Assembly: GCA_963662465.1 (NCBI GenBank) | Contig: OY759599.1 | Coordinates: 4,768,001 to 4,832,000, forward strand | Source of the DNA: Desulfatiglandales bacterium | Lineage (GTDB): Bacteria; Desulfobacterota; DSM-4660; Desulfatiglandales; Desulfatiglandaceae | Length of the DNA stretch: 64,000 nucleotides | Direction: 5' to 3' | Shown here: positions 30,124 through 39,934 of the stretch, piece after piece | How the letters are laid out: each line of letters starts with the position of its first letter | Numbering within the stretch: the first letter of the stretch is position 1 | Notes under the pieces: generated by a model | Database searches by the model: none | What the model was told of the DNA's origin: nothing | The model's input: only the letters and a program-made list of their open reading frames with translations | Program-made: the position numbers and the translations under genes

Positions 30124-30582
30124 TTATTTCGGAGAGACGTTTATATTTTTTGAGATGACATGCTTCCACTCATTATCTTTCAGCAGCCATCTGTCAGAAA
30201 AAGAGGAATTCACGGGCTTTGGAATATCTTGCAGCTGGTAAACCACTTCCAGGGTAACAATACCATCTTGTCCTCCTATGTTCACCCCTTTCGTTTTTAC
30301 TGATATATATCCGATTTGCCCCTTGTTTGCCATAAGCATTTTATATTTTTCTAGGGTCATGGCCCCTTGAACCGCCTCCATAGCGTAGGTGGCATTGTAA
30401 TCTTTTTCGAGAAACCGCTTGTTCCAATACGTTTCAGCCATTTTACCAAGAGTTTCCTTGGGGTCCTTTACTTTCTGATTTTCTTTTTGGCACGCGCCAA
30501 GGGCAAAGACCCCTAAGAATACAAACAACAGGCAAACGACGCCATCCCGCGACCATTTCTTGCCCTGGAAAAAAAACATCAT
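30124..30582 (-). CDS. Small lipoprotein of unknown function (NTF2-like fold possible)
   Basis: Lipobox ALGAC; ETYWN...DRW...EWKH pattern. Confidence 0.75.
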   Translation of the reverse strand: MMFFFQGKKWSRDGVVCLLFVFLGVFALGACQKENQKVKDPKETLGKMAETYWNKRFLEKDYNATYAMEAVQGAMTLEKYKMLMANKGQIGYISVKTKGVNIGGQDGIVTLEVVYQLQDIPKPVNSSFSDRWLLKDNEWKHVISKNINVSPK

Positions 30583-30624
30583 TTCTTTATCCTCTCTCTT
30601 TAAAACCGTATTTCCAACTCAAGC

Positions 30625-31917
30625 TCAACTATCACTTCTGGGCACGTTCAAAAAAACTTGGACCCCCCCTTCTTTTGTGCCACTTTTAGCATAGTTAACA
30701 GCAATATCACTATAGCTGTCGCCATTAACGTCAACACAGTAAATACCAGAAATCCTTTCCAGACCTTCTTTCGGCAAACCGTCAACTTTTATTTCAGCCC
30801 ACTTTTGCCCTTTTAGAGAATATATTTTGATTCCGCCCTTTTGGGTGCCACCAATAATTTCAATATTTCTGTCATTATCCAGGTCACACGCGTTTATCGC
30901 TTCAAAAATCTCACTTGTTGGAAGACCTTCCGAAAAATCTTCAAACCCCTCAGGCCCAGCCAGAAAGGCTTTGAGCCCTACAAAACCTTTTTTTCCAAAT
31001 CCTGAAATACTGGCAACCAGATCATCCTTCCCATCCCTGTTCAAATCGGAAAGGGCAACAGACAGATAAATCTTTTCCTTAGGCAACCCATCGTTGAATT
31101 CTCTAAACTCGCCTTTTCCGTCATTAATCCAGATGACCAGGTCCATCTTAGAATTAAGAGAGGCGACTGCAATATCCGGGTTCCCGTCCCCATTCACGTC
31201 GCCAACCGTCAACTGGTCAGCCGCTAAACCGTTCACAGCTTCTTCGTCTGCAATATATCGAAATTTCCACCCATCAGGCGCCAAGGAAATCATCGCAACA
31301 CCATAGGGCGTTGCAAAATCATCAGAAAATTTAAATTCAGACATAGCGGCGATATCGAGACGGCCGTCCCTGTCAAAATCATCCGCTAGCAACGCTCTGG
31401 ATTTAAAATTCCGATCATAGAGTCCCTTTGAAAAATCTTCATATTTTCCATGACCTTTCCCCTTAAGCACTCGCACACCAATCCCATGCATCGCCAGGGC
31501 CATATCTGGAATGCCATCACCATCAAAATCGCGGCCGGAGATACCACCGTAAGTATACTTAATTTTGTCCGCAGGCACTTCAATATCAGCTTGGAACCAT
31601 TCACCCTTGCCGTTGCCATACCAGATAAACGGGATAGACGTACCATTTGGCTGAGGAGTCGTTCGAGGAGGCGGCGCTAAAATATCCAATTGACCATCCT
31701 GGTTCATATCAAAAAAGTCGATGCCTTGACGCCATTGGCCCGTTGTCGGGAGACCGCCGGATGATCCGATAAAGACCAAATCATTTTTCACTTCTTTTAT
31801 TTCAGATGTATGGGATACAACTTTTTTATCCTCACAACCAAGCAATACACAAAAGGATATGAGTACACCGGCCCAAAAAACGTTGGGGATAGCTTTTCTC
31901 TTTTTGTTTGTTATCAC
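30625..31917 (-). CDS. FG-GAP/VCBS repeat (Ca-binding beta-propeller) lipoprotein
   Basis: Lipobox LLGC; seven DxNxDGxxD-type repeats (DMNQDGQLD, DFDGDGIPD, DFDRDGRLD, DVNGDGNPD, DLNRDGKDD, DLDNDRNIE, DVNGDSYSD). Confidence 0.88.
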   Translation of the reverse strand: MITNKKRKAIPNVFWAGVLISFCVLLGCEDKKVVSHTSEIKEVKNDLVFIGSSGGLPTTGQWRQGIDFFDMNQDGQLDILAPPPRTTPQPNGTSIPFIWYGNGKGEWFQADIEVPADKIKYTYGGISGRDFDGDGIPDMALAMHGIGVRVLKGKGHGKYEDFSKGLYDRNFKSRALLADDFDRDGRLDIAAMSEFKFSDDFATPYGVAMISLAPDGWKFRYIADEEAVNGLAADQLTVGDVNGDGNPDIAVASLNSKMDLVIWINDGKGEFREFNDGLPKEKIYLSVALSDLNRDGKDDLVASISGFGKKGFVGLKAFLAGPEGFEDFSEGLPTSEIFEAINACDLDNDRNIEIIGGTQKGGIKIYSLKGQKWAEIKVDGLPKEGLERISGIYCVDVNGDSYSDIAVNYAKSGTKEGGVQVFLNVPRSDS

Positions 31918-31982
31918 TTTTTTATCCTGATTGACTCTCTTAAGGTGCGAAATAAAAATTTCTTTCTGTCACTTTACCAATG

Positions 31983-32014
31983 AAAAAGGTGGGCCCAAAA
32001 GGACCCACCTTTTT
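31983..32014 (-). terminator. Intrinsic terminator after the 384-aa gene (bidirectional form)
   Basis: AAAAAGGTGGGTCC-TTTT-GGGCCCACCTTTTT on minus strand. Confidence 0.85.
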
Positions 32015-32059
32015 CTGATACTTCGTTAACTTTCAATCAACATCTTGTTCTGGCATCAA

Positions 32060-33214
32060 TTAAAAAGGAGAACCTTCAACGAACGTCCCTACATCCCTGT
32101 GCATTTCAAACAGGGCACCCCAGTTCAAAGCCGCAGTGTCCGATGCCGCATACTGGTAGCTGTATCCCAACCATTCTGACGCCAAGGGAACCGCTGAATA
32201 GTACCAGGGATAATCCGCATCAGCAACCGGAGCCTGCTTTGTATCGAAAGACCACCTGACATCAATCCACCCACCAACATTACCCCAGGCAGCAGGCAGA
32301 ATTCTTCTTACGTTGACAAAATTCAACTCATACGGGAGATTAATCTGGCCGGAAAGCCCATTTTCTTCCTCGTCATAAATGTTGACGACCACCAGATTCG
32401 TATCCGGCTCGAACAAACCATTCTGTTCCCATTCACCCCAGTTCCCGCTACTCCAGATAAAGAAAAAGGTCTCTGCGGAGTCGTTCAGCAGAAAATAACG
32501 AGGAAGCAGGCGGAAGTACGCCGGGATGGGGAAATCCATGTCGGCATGCGGATTATAGCCTTGCTCACGCGCTTTACTGGTTGCGTACGAAAAAGCGGTA
32601 AACGCTTCATAGTCGGTAAACTCCGGATAAGGCAGCTGACCAATTGGCGGAAGCCATTCTGTTCCCAAAAAAGAATTCTGCTCAACATGCCAACCTACCA
32701 GCGCATGGGGGCCATTGACCCCTACCGGAGCATATTCCCTTGCGGGCAGGACAACACCAGAAGCCAAACCGTTGGCCAGATTAATGACATACTGGTGTCC
32801 AATCAGGTTATCCGCAGTCGGATTTGAGTTATCATACTCGACATAACCCATATAATGATCATTGTCCCCGTCGAGATCCAGGTCCACTTCGAGCGCCGCC
32901 AGGCCATCCGGACTGACATTTGTCAACAGCGCACTAATGCTGACGGATACCACATCATATGGCGTATACCCGGTGTTTCCGTTCGCACGGTGAATCGACT
33001 TTTTATCACGAATGGTCCAATGAACAGAACCGCTGAAACCTTCCACTTCCGTAATCGTCACGAGTGTGTTCAGCGTCCCGTCAAAGCTCACGAGAAAAAA
33101 CGGCTGCAGGATGTTCGTTCCCGGAACAGCATCCGGCGTCCCCACCAGAGCCATCGACGGCGTCGCAACAAACAGCGCTGCCAAAATTGAAAGTGCAATA
33201 AAAACCTTTTTCAT
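32060..33214 (-). CDS. Secreted protein of unknown function; candidate major surface (S-layer-like) protein
   Basis: Sec signal MKKVFIALSILAALFVATPSMA; no Cys; acidic and aromatic-rich; DLDLDGDND Ca-loop-like motif; AAGGAGG RBS; own promoter and terminator. The S-layer role is an inference. Confidence 0.8.
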   Translation of the reverse strand: MKKVFIALSILAALFVATPSMALVGTPDAVPGTNILQPFFLVSFDGTLNTLVTITEVEGFSGSVHWTIRDKKSIHRANGNTGYTPYDVVSVSISALLTNVSPDGLAALEVDLDLDGDNDHYMGYVEYDNSNPTADNLIGHQYVINLANGLASGVVLPAREYAPVGVNGPHALVGWHVEQNSFLGTEWLPPIGQLPYPEFTDYEAFTAFSYATSKAREQGYNPHADMDFPIPAYFRLLPRYFLLNDSAETFFFIWSSGNWGEWEQNGLFEPDTNLVVVNIYDEEENGLSGQINLPYELNFVNVRRILPAAWGNVGGWIDVRWSFDTKQAPVADADYPWYYSAVPLASEWLGYSYQYAASDTAALNWGALFEMHRDVGTFVEGSPF

Positions 33215-33419
33215 GCTCTTTTCCTCCTTAAAAAATTATATTCTGAAAACTTAGTAATGTTAACACCCAAATCAACATCCCAATCCCGCTCTATTTGCTT
33301 CGTTTACCACCTCCTTAAACTAAAGATTTCGCATTCCCTCTTGATTTCGACTAAAACCCAACCTCTTTCCCTTAACAAAAAACCTCCAAGCATCCTTCAC
33401 ACATCAAATGGTCAAGCTC

Positions 33420-33447
33420 ATTATAGTGAAGCAACCAGGGTTGTCAA
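33420..33447 (-). promoter_or_regulatory. Consensus sigma70 promoter for the 384-aa gene
   Basis: TTGACA-N16-TATAAT on minus strand (plus strand tgtcaa 33442-47, attata 33420-25). Confidence 0.8.
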
Positions 33448-33717
33448 GCCCTTTTTCGCTTGATGTTTATATATTCATATAATTTTCATTTTTTCTGAAT
33501 ATCAACCTTATCACCTTAAACTGAATCGTTAGACCAACCCCCTAAACTAACGCTTGAACAATTGATATGCCACCACAGCAAACCCTATTTAATGCGATTT
33601 TCCCACACGCACGATACCGGCAAACGGGCTCAGGAAAAAACAACACTCGTAAATTAAAATTACTTCCACGACGAATACTGCTATTAGCGTATTGACACAT
33701 GCATGTCAAGACTTTTT

Positions 33718-35727
33718 CTAAAACTCCGATATAAGGATTGAAAAAAAACATATTTTTTTGAAAAAACTTTCAAATTATTGATTTCATGCTCTATTTTCAC
33801 CTTGCCTCGCAAAGGGGGTTTTAAGCCCCTCAAAAGCCTCTTGAGGCAGTAAACACCTGAAGCACCGAGACGGGAGATGCGAGGGGCAACTCAAACGCCT
33901 CCAGACCTATAAAAATTTGTCACGTAACTAGCTGGAATCATTAGTAAAATCAGACATTGCCAACTTGACATCCGCCCCGCTTTATGTTTGAGTTGTCGAC
34001 ATGACTTCGCGGGAACAATTACAAGACACCCTCTGTAGACGACTTTTCTGGCACACCGCCGAGCGGGATGACGGAAAGGTTGCAGACTACCTTTTCCATC
34101 GCCACGAAATGGATGTGGTTTATGCCATGGATGAGGCCACCTTGTTCGATTCCTTCTTCAGATATTTGCAAGACATCGAAGTATTTCCTCTATTAGAACG
34201 TCTTGATCCAAAAAATCAACGAAGAAAAAATGTCCCTTTTTCCCAGATACTCCTTGTCTTCTTAATGAAAGTCGTCGGCTCCATCAAAAAGATGGATCAA
34301 ATGACCGACCTGTTGCTCACCGATGAATTGCTTATGAGCATGTGCGGCTTCAATGCCTATCAGGTAAAAAATGGCAGTTGTAAACGGGGCGAAAAACTCC
34401 GCAAAACATTCATTCCTGAATTCAGAGGCGCTTTGTGCGTCGATACGGTTGCCAACCACATTGTCACCATTTCCCTCAAACGAATTGAGAATTTATTTAA
34501 CCGTTGCATTCAACGATTAGCCGACCAAGGCGTATTCCCAAAAAAAATCCATGCTGCCTGTGATTGCACCTTGTATGAAACCACCCGTCAATTCAAGGGA
34601 TGTGGTTCCGTAACTTATAAACGCAAGGTGAAAGTTCGCGGGCGCCGGAAAAATGCTGAACTCAAAGAAGTCAAAGTCACCCTTTATGGCTGGAAGGTAT
34701 GGGCCATCTATGAAATCAAGACAGGCATCCCTCTAGCCATCAAGATTGATACAATTGAGAAACCAGACAATCGCCATGTTCTTGCCGTGTTGAAACAGGC
34801 TAAAGAAAATGTAAAACCATTCAGCACTATTGACTCTCTGGTGCTTGATCGCGGGTTCCTCGACGGCAAGCTTCTCTTCGACATTGACCTGCAGGGGATT
34901 GAATTTGTCATCCCCTTAAAAAGAAATATGGATGCCGCCAAAGATGCACGGCAGTTAGCGTTAGACTGTGCGGACCTCCCACCGGTGACCCGGGAAGTTC
35001 ACGTGACGCATGGTTATGGCAAAAAAAAGTACACTGAAAAAGTGCTCACCACATTGGTGGCGGTGCCGGATCTTCTGACATGTGATTGGTTTAATCCAGA
35101 GGGCTCCAAAGCCAATACCGCCAAAAAAGATTATGAACCGATCCCTCTGAATGCGGTGGTTGTCAAAAAATGGGACAACAACCTTCCTCCTCCCGAAAAG
35201 CAGGTTGTATTCATAACGAACATCGACGTGAAAGATCCCTTTGTAACTTTTGACCGCTACGATGATCGCAGCCTTATGGAAAATAAACTGTTCCGAGAGG
35301 TCAAGCAAAACTGGCATTTTGAGTACCCACCTAAGAAAACCAAAGAAGGTGTCCATATTCAAGTTTATATGACCATGGCCATGAAAGCGCTTACCACTGC
35401 CTTTTTGAAATGGCAGGAAGATCAATTAAAACTAGAAGCACTCGGTAAGCCAAGTACCTGGCAGATGTATCGACGAAAGCTTAAAGTTCTCAACCGTAAC
35501 AAATTGATTGTCTTTGCAAACGAATACTTCGGCATCTTTCCTTCCCATGAGGTTTTCATGCTCGCCAATGTTCCTGTTCGTGACACGGAAAAAGAACTCA
35601 ATATTACCCGCGACCAAGTCTACGCCAAATATACTGACTGCCAGTTGATCGAAAAATCCTGAAAACCGGGCCCCTGGCTTTCTTCGGACCAACAGTTCCT
35701 CGCTCAATTCTTATATCGGAGTTTTAG
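33718..35727 (+). mobile_element. Complete 2010-bp IS (IS4-like DDE)
   Basis: 24-bp IRs CTAAAACTCCGATATAAG(G/A)ATTGA at 33718-33741 and 35704-35727 (1 mismatch); 9-bp TSD AGACTTTTT at 33709-33717 and 35728-35736. Confidence 0.92.
34001..35662 (+). CDS. DDE transposase (IS4-like)
   Basis: ACDCT, YGWK, VLDRGFLDG, YDDRSLMENKLFREVK (Y-R-E-K-like signature). Confidence 0.9.
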   Translation: MTSREQLQDTLCRRLFWHTAERDDGKVADYLFHRHEMDVVYAMDEATLFDSFFRYLQDIEVFPLLERLDPKNQRRKNVPFSQILLVFLMKVVGSIKKMDQMTDLLLTDELLMSMCGFNAYQVKNGSCKRGEKLRKTFIPEFRGALCVDTVANHIVTISLKRIENLFNRCIQRLADQGVFPKKIHAACDCTLYETTRQFKGCGSVTYKRKVKVRGRRKNAELKEVKVTLYGWKVWAIYEIKTGIPLAIKIDTIEKPDNRHVLAVLKQAKENVKPFSTIDSLVLDRGFLDGKLLFDIDLQGIEFVIPLKRNMDAAKDARQLALDCADLPPVTREVHVTHGYGKKKYTEKVLTTLVAVPDLLTCDWFNPEGSKANTAKKDYEPIPLNAVVVKKWDNNLPPPEKQVVFITNIDVKDPFVTFDRYDDRSLMENKLFREVKQNWHFEYPPKKTKEGVHIQVYMTMAMKALTTAFLKWQEDQLKLEALGKPSTWQMYRRKLKVLNRNKLIVFANEYFGIFPSHEVFMLANVPVRDTEKELNITRDQVYAKYTDCQLIEKS

Positions 35728-35737
35728 AGACTTTTTT

Positions 35738-35912
35738 CACGGTAAATTTGTTCTAACCGGAAAAGGTCTGTCAATTGAAAGGATTTAGCTTTTATCCTTG
35801 AACCAACATGCTGATATTTAACCACTTTTTTTGGCGCGCTTGCCAAGAGATCAAAGTGGCTACTTTTTTCTATTAACTTCAATCAGTTAGGTGGTAGAAC
35901 AAAATCACCGTG
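35738..35912. mobile_element. 175-bp MITE
   Basis: 18-bp IRs CACGGTAAATTTGTTCTA / CACGGTGATTTTGTTCTA (16/18); 10-bp TSD AGACTTTTTT at 35728-35737 and 35913-35922. Confidence 0.85.
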
Positions 35913-35970
35913 AGACTTTTTTATCCGGCGTTATCCCCACAAGGGTTCTATGGAAAGTAAAAAAGTCGCA

Positions 35971-37536
35971 TTAAAAAAGGTCGCTGTCGCCCATGGTATA
36001 ATAGAACTGCTCTTCAACGGACCTCAAAGATACACCAGGCTCGAAGATGGTTACACCCGCCACCAGACCGTTGGGTTCTTTAATAACCTTAAATCCCATG
36101 TTTTCCAGCAAATTCGTCCACCAGGCAGGGTTTTTGGAAAACCATCCTTCAACGCGCTTAACTTCAGAGAATTGCTGTTTAAGGAGCTGTTCAAGGAGCA
36201 TCCCGGCAAACACCGCCTGGGATTTTTCAAACAGGGCATCCCCCCAGATCAACACTGATCCCCGGACCCGAAATACACTCCAGCCGATCAGTTTCCCAAA
36301 GCGTTTCAAAGCAAAAATCCGGTACACGCCATCCGGGCAGTCCAGATAACGCCACCTCAGATACCCTGCGTCCCTTTTCACCAATAGCCCGTAATTTCCG
36401 GCAGCCTTCTGAAACAAAATATCAAACGCAGGGTTGACATCATGAACTTCCTCCACCCTGATCCCCGAAATTATCCGCTTAATCCACGTATCCGGCTTAA
36501 GCGTCGAATGGTTTAAATCCATTACATGGCAGGGAATTTCGGACATGTATTGATATCCGAGAAAACGTTCTCCGAACTTTCGATGATTCCCGGCTACGAA
36601 CCCGTACAGAAATGGGATATGACCCACACAGAATTTTTGATGAAAATAGTCGGTGATACGCCCAAGTACGCTTGTTTTTCCAAGACCCACATGCCTGAAA
36701 CCCAGACGGGTCATGATATCTCCGATCTGAAAGGACAGAAACCGTTCTCCTTTGGCCACGGAGGAATAAAATGGCACTGGATAACCCGAATAATGCCCGG
36801 CCAGAATTCCGTCATAGGAAAAGGCCTGAGCAATTTTGTAGGCGCCAAACGGATTATCTCTGAATTTCCAGTGCCAGTGCGCCATGCTTCTTTCTGCGTT
36901 AAAGACCTCTTTAAACATAGGCAAAATGGCTTCCTCATCTCCCTCTCGATAGGGTCTGAGGAAAATATCGTCCTTTCTACCGAGGATCATATGAAACGGC
37001 ACATCAACCCCTTTTGGGCAGCTGCTTCCAAATGTTCCCAAAAGCCTCGGAGACTCCGACGACCCGGACATATCGTCCCCCCCCTTCACACAGGGGGCCA
37101 GAGAATCCAAACCCTTTTTTATCCGCTGAGGCCATTTTTTATGGATTTTGATACTGAATCCACTTTCATAAAGCGCCGCAATCACTTCTTTCGCGAGATA
37201 AAAGTCCGTTTTGTTAAGACCGTCCTCAAAAATACAAAATTCATCACAGATCACCAATGTGCCATTCGATTTCAAGAAATCCCGAATATGCATCAGAAGG
37301 CCTTCCAAAGGCTGCAATGATTTCAAAGCGCAATGAAGTATAATAACATCGAAAACTTTCCCGTGCAAACCGCGGCGGTTCTTTTCCGGAAATGTCGAAA
37401 TCGCCATATCATAGCCACACGCTGACAATTCACTTCTGTAACAAGTTGCATCTCGGCCTACACCCAGTACAGATGCCGGTGGCTTAGGGAAGTGGGGAAG
37501 CAATTCCCTCAACAAAATCTCAAATAATTTACTCAA
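35971..37536 (-). CDS. GNAT-family acyltransferase with degenerate methyltransferase-like N-terminal domain
   Basis: LRPYREGDEEAI...WHWKFRDNPFG...QIGDIMT...FR, RDAGYLRWRY, YTMGDSD; N-terminal FDVII...LKSNGTLVI. Confidence 0.7.
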   Translation of the reverse strand: MSKLFEILLRELLPHFPKPPASVLGVGRDATCYRSELSACGYDMAISTFPEKNRRGLHGKVFDVIILHCALKSLQPLEGLLMHIRDFLKSNGTLVICDEFCIFEDGLNKTDFYLAKEVIAALYESGFSIKIHKKWPQRIKKGLDSLAPCVKGGDDMSGSSESPRLLGTFGSSCPKGVDVPFHMILGRKDDIFLRPYREGDEEAILPMFKEVFNAERSMAHWHWKFRDNPFGAYKIAQAFSYDGILAGHYSGYPVPFYSSVAKGERFLSFQIGDIMTRLGFRHVGLGKTSVLGRITDYFHQKFCVGHIPFLYGFVAGNHRKFGERFLGYQYMSEIPCHVMDLNHSTLKPDTWIKRIISGIRVEEVHDVNPAFDILFQKAAGNYGLLVKRDAGYLRWRYLDCPDGVYRIFALKRFGKLIGWSVFRVRGSVLIWGDALFEKSQAVFAGMLLEQLLKQQFSEVKRVEGWFSKNPAWWTNLLENMGFKVIKEPNGLVAGVTIFEPGVSLRSVEEQFYYTMGDSDLF

Positions 37537-37605
37537 TTCCTGTGCCCTACCGTGAAAGAAGAAGAAAAACCTTTCATTTTTATTAGAAACACGCTGCCGG
37601 AGCAG

Positions 37606-38703
37606 CTATTCTACCACCCAAGTCATGTTTAGAAAACGCCTCTCAAACCCCTTCGGTCTTCCGATTCGTCCGTAATATTGCCTCTTTGCCAGCATATCCC
37701 AGCAGTGCTTTGAAAATTCAAATTGCCCGCCGGCGCCAAAACGGCCTGCGGCAGGCATGAAATCAGGATTAGGACTCCACTCAAAAAGCCATTCCTTGTG
37801 TAAATAGGCTGGAATTTCAAGTGAAAAAGCGCTCGAAAACCGATGGCGGAAAATAGCATTTTTTTCAGGTTTAGGCGGTACGAAACATGAAACGGCCCTT
37901 GCCAATCCACTCTCCCAGGTTCTGCCATGTTTTTTCAGAAAAAGCGCCATGGACGTAAACATAAGACGCATTTTATGCTCCTGATCCTCTATACCGCACT
38001 GATCATAATAATGAATCGCTCTAGCCCTCGGTTCTATCAGCAAATCAAACCCTGCTCGTCTCAAGCGAAGAAAAAGGTCCGTATCTTCGAAATAAAGGAA
38101 AAATCGGGGATCAAAAAGCCCACCCGCTTTACGCACGCAAGTCCATTTCAGAAGCGACAAACCCCCAGACAAGTTACGGACCCGCAAGGGCCCTCTGGAA
38201 CGCCATACTCTGATAGAATACCTTCGCCAAAACAGATCCAGCAGCTGGGTCAGATAATCAAGGCCCCGTCGGTTCAAAACGGACTGAAATTCAACCAAAC
38301 CAGGCGAACAGGGAGGGGGGAAATGGTATTGAAGCAACTCATCCCAGAATATCTGAGGGGAAACAGCAGCTGTGGCATTGCACGAAAAAAGGGTTTGCTG
38401 AAGACGTTTAAGGCAGCCGGGAAGAACCCTGGCGTCCGGATTAATAAGAAGAATGGCGTCGCCCTGCCACGATTCAGCAGCCTGATTGCAGGCGCGGCCG
38501 AATCCCATATTTTCGGCATTGACCATTAAATTCACTGACGCAGGAAGGCCACGACGCAGTATTTTCACTTCTTCCGGTGTCTCGCTGTTGTCCACAACCA
38601 CAACATCAACCGGTCCCAGAGACTCGGAATCCATCACTGACTGAACCGCCTGAAGGGTCAACGGAGCACTCTTGTAGTTAACAACGACTGCCAGTGTTTT
38701 CAA
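37606..38703 (-). CDS. GT2 glycosyltransferase
   Basis: VVVNYKS, VVDNS, NMGFGRACN, LINPDA, FLYFEDTDL. Confidence 0.9.
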   Translation of the reverse strand: MKTLAVVVNYKSAPLTLQAVQSVMDSESLGPVDVVVVDNSETPEEVKILRRGLPASVNLMVNAENMGFGRACNQAAESWQGDAILLINPDARVLPGCLKRLQQTLFSCNATAAVSPQIFWDELLQYHFPPPCSPGLVEFQSVLNRRGLDYLTQLLDLFWRRYSIRVWRSRGPLRVRNLSGGLSLLKWTCVRKAGGLFDPRFFLYFEDTDLFLRLRRAGFDLLIEPRARAIHYYDQCGIEDQEHKMRLMFTSMALFLKKHGRTWESGLARAVSCFVPPKPEKNAIFRHRFSSAFSLEIPAYLHKEWLFEWSPNPDFMPAAGRFGAGGQFEFSKHCWDMLAKRQYYGRIGRPKGFERRFLNMTWVVE

Positions 38704-38712
38704 ATCAGGACC

Positions 38713-39900
38713 TTACGCAGGAATCTTCCAGGAATGCGCCATCCACATCATGCCAATCTCAGGATGTTCACTTTCGATAACAAACGGGTCGAGGCTCATC
38801 TGGTGGATCGTTCTAAGGGCGTATTCATCCCCCACACGGGCCCTAACCACATAGTTTCCGCCCAAAATCGGAATGGACGGAATGATAAGTTCCACCTCCT
38901 GCTCACCGAAAAACAGAATCGGATCCAAGCCGGACATCTTTGTTGTCGTCTCAAAAACCTGACTGCCATCCGTAAATCCGAAACCCACGGCCAGATGCCC
39001 TCGAATGGGGGGGCCAATTCTTTTTGTTTTAACCTGAACAATAAGCATCTGAAATTGATGGATATCCGCGACCGGTTCTTTCTTTTCGTCCAGAAGGCGC
39101 ACATCTTCAATCAGGATATCGGGCATTTGTGAATCAGACGGCGCCGCTGACGCCCTGGCGGGGGCAAAAATTTCAGGATCTTGTTCAAGATAGGCCAAAT
39201 AAGCTGAAACAACGGAAGATGTTTTCCCAGAACGGCACATTCGGCCGTTTTTCAACCATATAGCCCGGGAACACAATTCGTTGATCATATACATACTGTG
39301 GGTGCAGATAATGATCGTCTTGTTGGCCTTTCTGAAATTCATCATCCGATCCACGCATTTTTGTTGAAATCGCTGATCCCCGACACTGAGTGCCTCATCA
39401 ATAATCAGGACCTGCGGATCCACACTCGTTGCAATAGAGAAAGCAAGACGAACATACATCCCAGATGAATAGGTCTTGACCGGCCGGTCGATTGCATTCT
39501 CCAATTCAGAAAACGCAATAATCGCTTTTTCACGGTCCCTGATCTCTTTTTCTTTCAACCCTAAAAGCGCTGCATTGAGATAGATGTTCTGCCGACCGCT
39601 GAACTCGGGGTGAAATCCCGACCCCAGCTCCAAAAGTGCGGCCATCCTGCCCCTTTTCACCATCCGCCCGGAAGTTGGATGAGCGGTACCAGCCAATATT
39701 TTCAGCAGGGTGGATTTTCCCGCGCCATTTTCGCCGATAATCCCCAGTGTGCCACCCTCAGGCACTTCAAAAGAAACATCCGTCAGGGCTTCTACCAGAT
39801 CATGGCAGGGCTTTCGAAGAATCGCTTCCTTGAGACGGTCAAAGGGTCTTAGATACACCTGGTAATGTTTTGTCAGGCCTTCAGCCTCAATAGCATTCAA
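38713..39900 (-). CDS. wzt: Glycan ABC exporter ATPase with C-terminal carbohydrate-binding domain
   Basis: GENGAGKST, LLELGSGFHPEFSGRQNI, KTYSSGMYVRLAF, IIDEALSVGD. Confidence 0.93.
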   Translation of the reverse strand: MNAIEAEGLTKHYQVYLRPFDRLKEAILRKPCHDLVEALTDVSFEVPEGGTLGIIGENGAGKSTLLKILAGTAHPTSGRMVKRGRMAALLELGSGFHPEFSGRQNIYLNAALLGLKEKEIRDREKAIIAFSELENAIDRPVKTYSSGMYVRLAFSIATSVDPQVLIIDEALSVGDQRFQQKCVDRMMNFRKANKTIIICTHSMYMINELCSRAIWLKNGRMCRSGKTSSVVSAYLAYLEQDPEIFAPARASAAPSDSQMPDILIEDVRLLDEKKEPVADIHQFQMLIVQVKTKRIGPPIRGHLAVGFGFTDGSQVFETTTKMSGLDPILFFGEQEVELIIPSIPILGGNYVVRARVGDEYALRTIHQMSLDPFVIESEHPEIGMMWMAHSWKIPA

Positions 39901-39934
39901 ATATAAAATTCCTTATTTTATTCGTCAGACTTTC

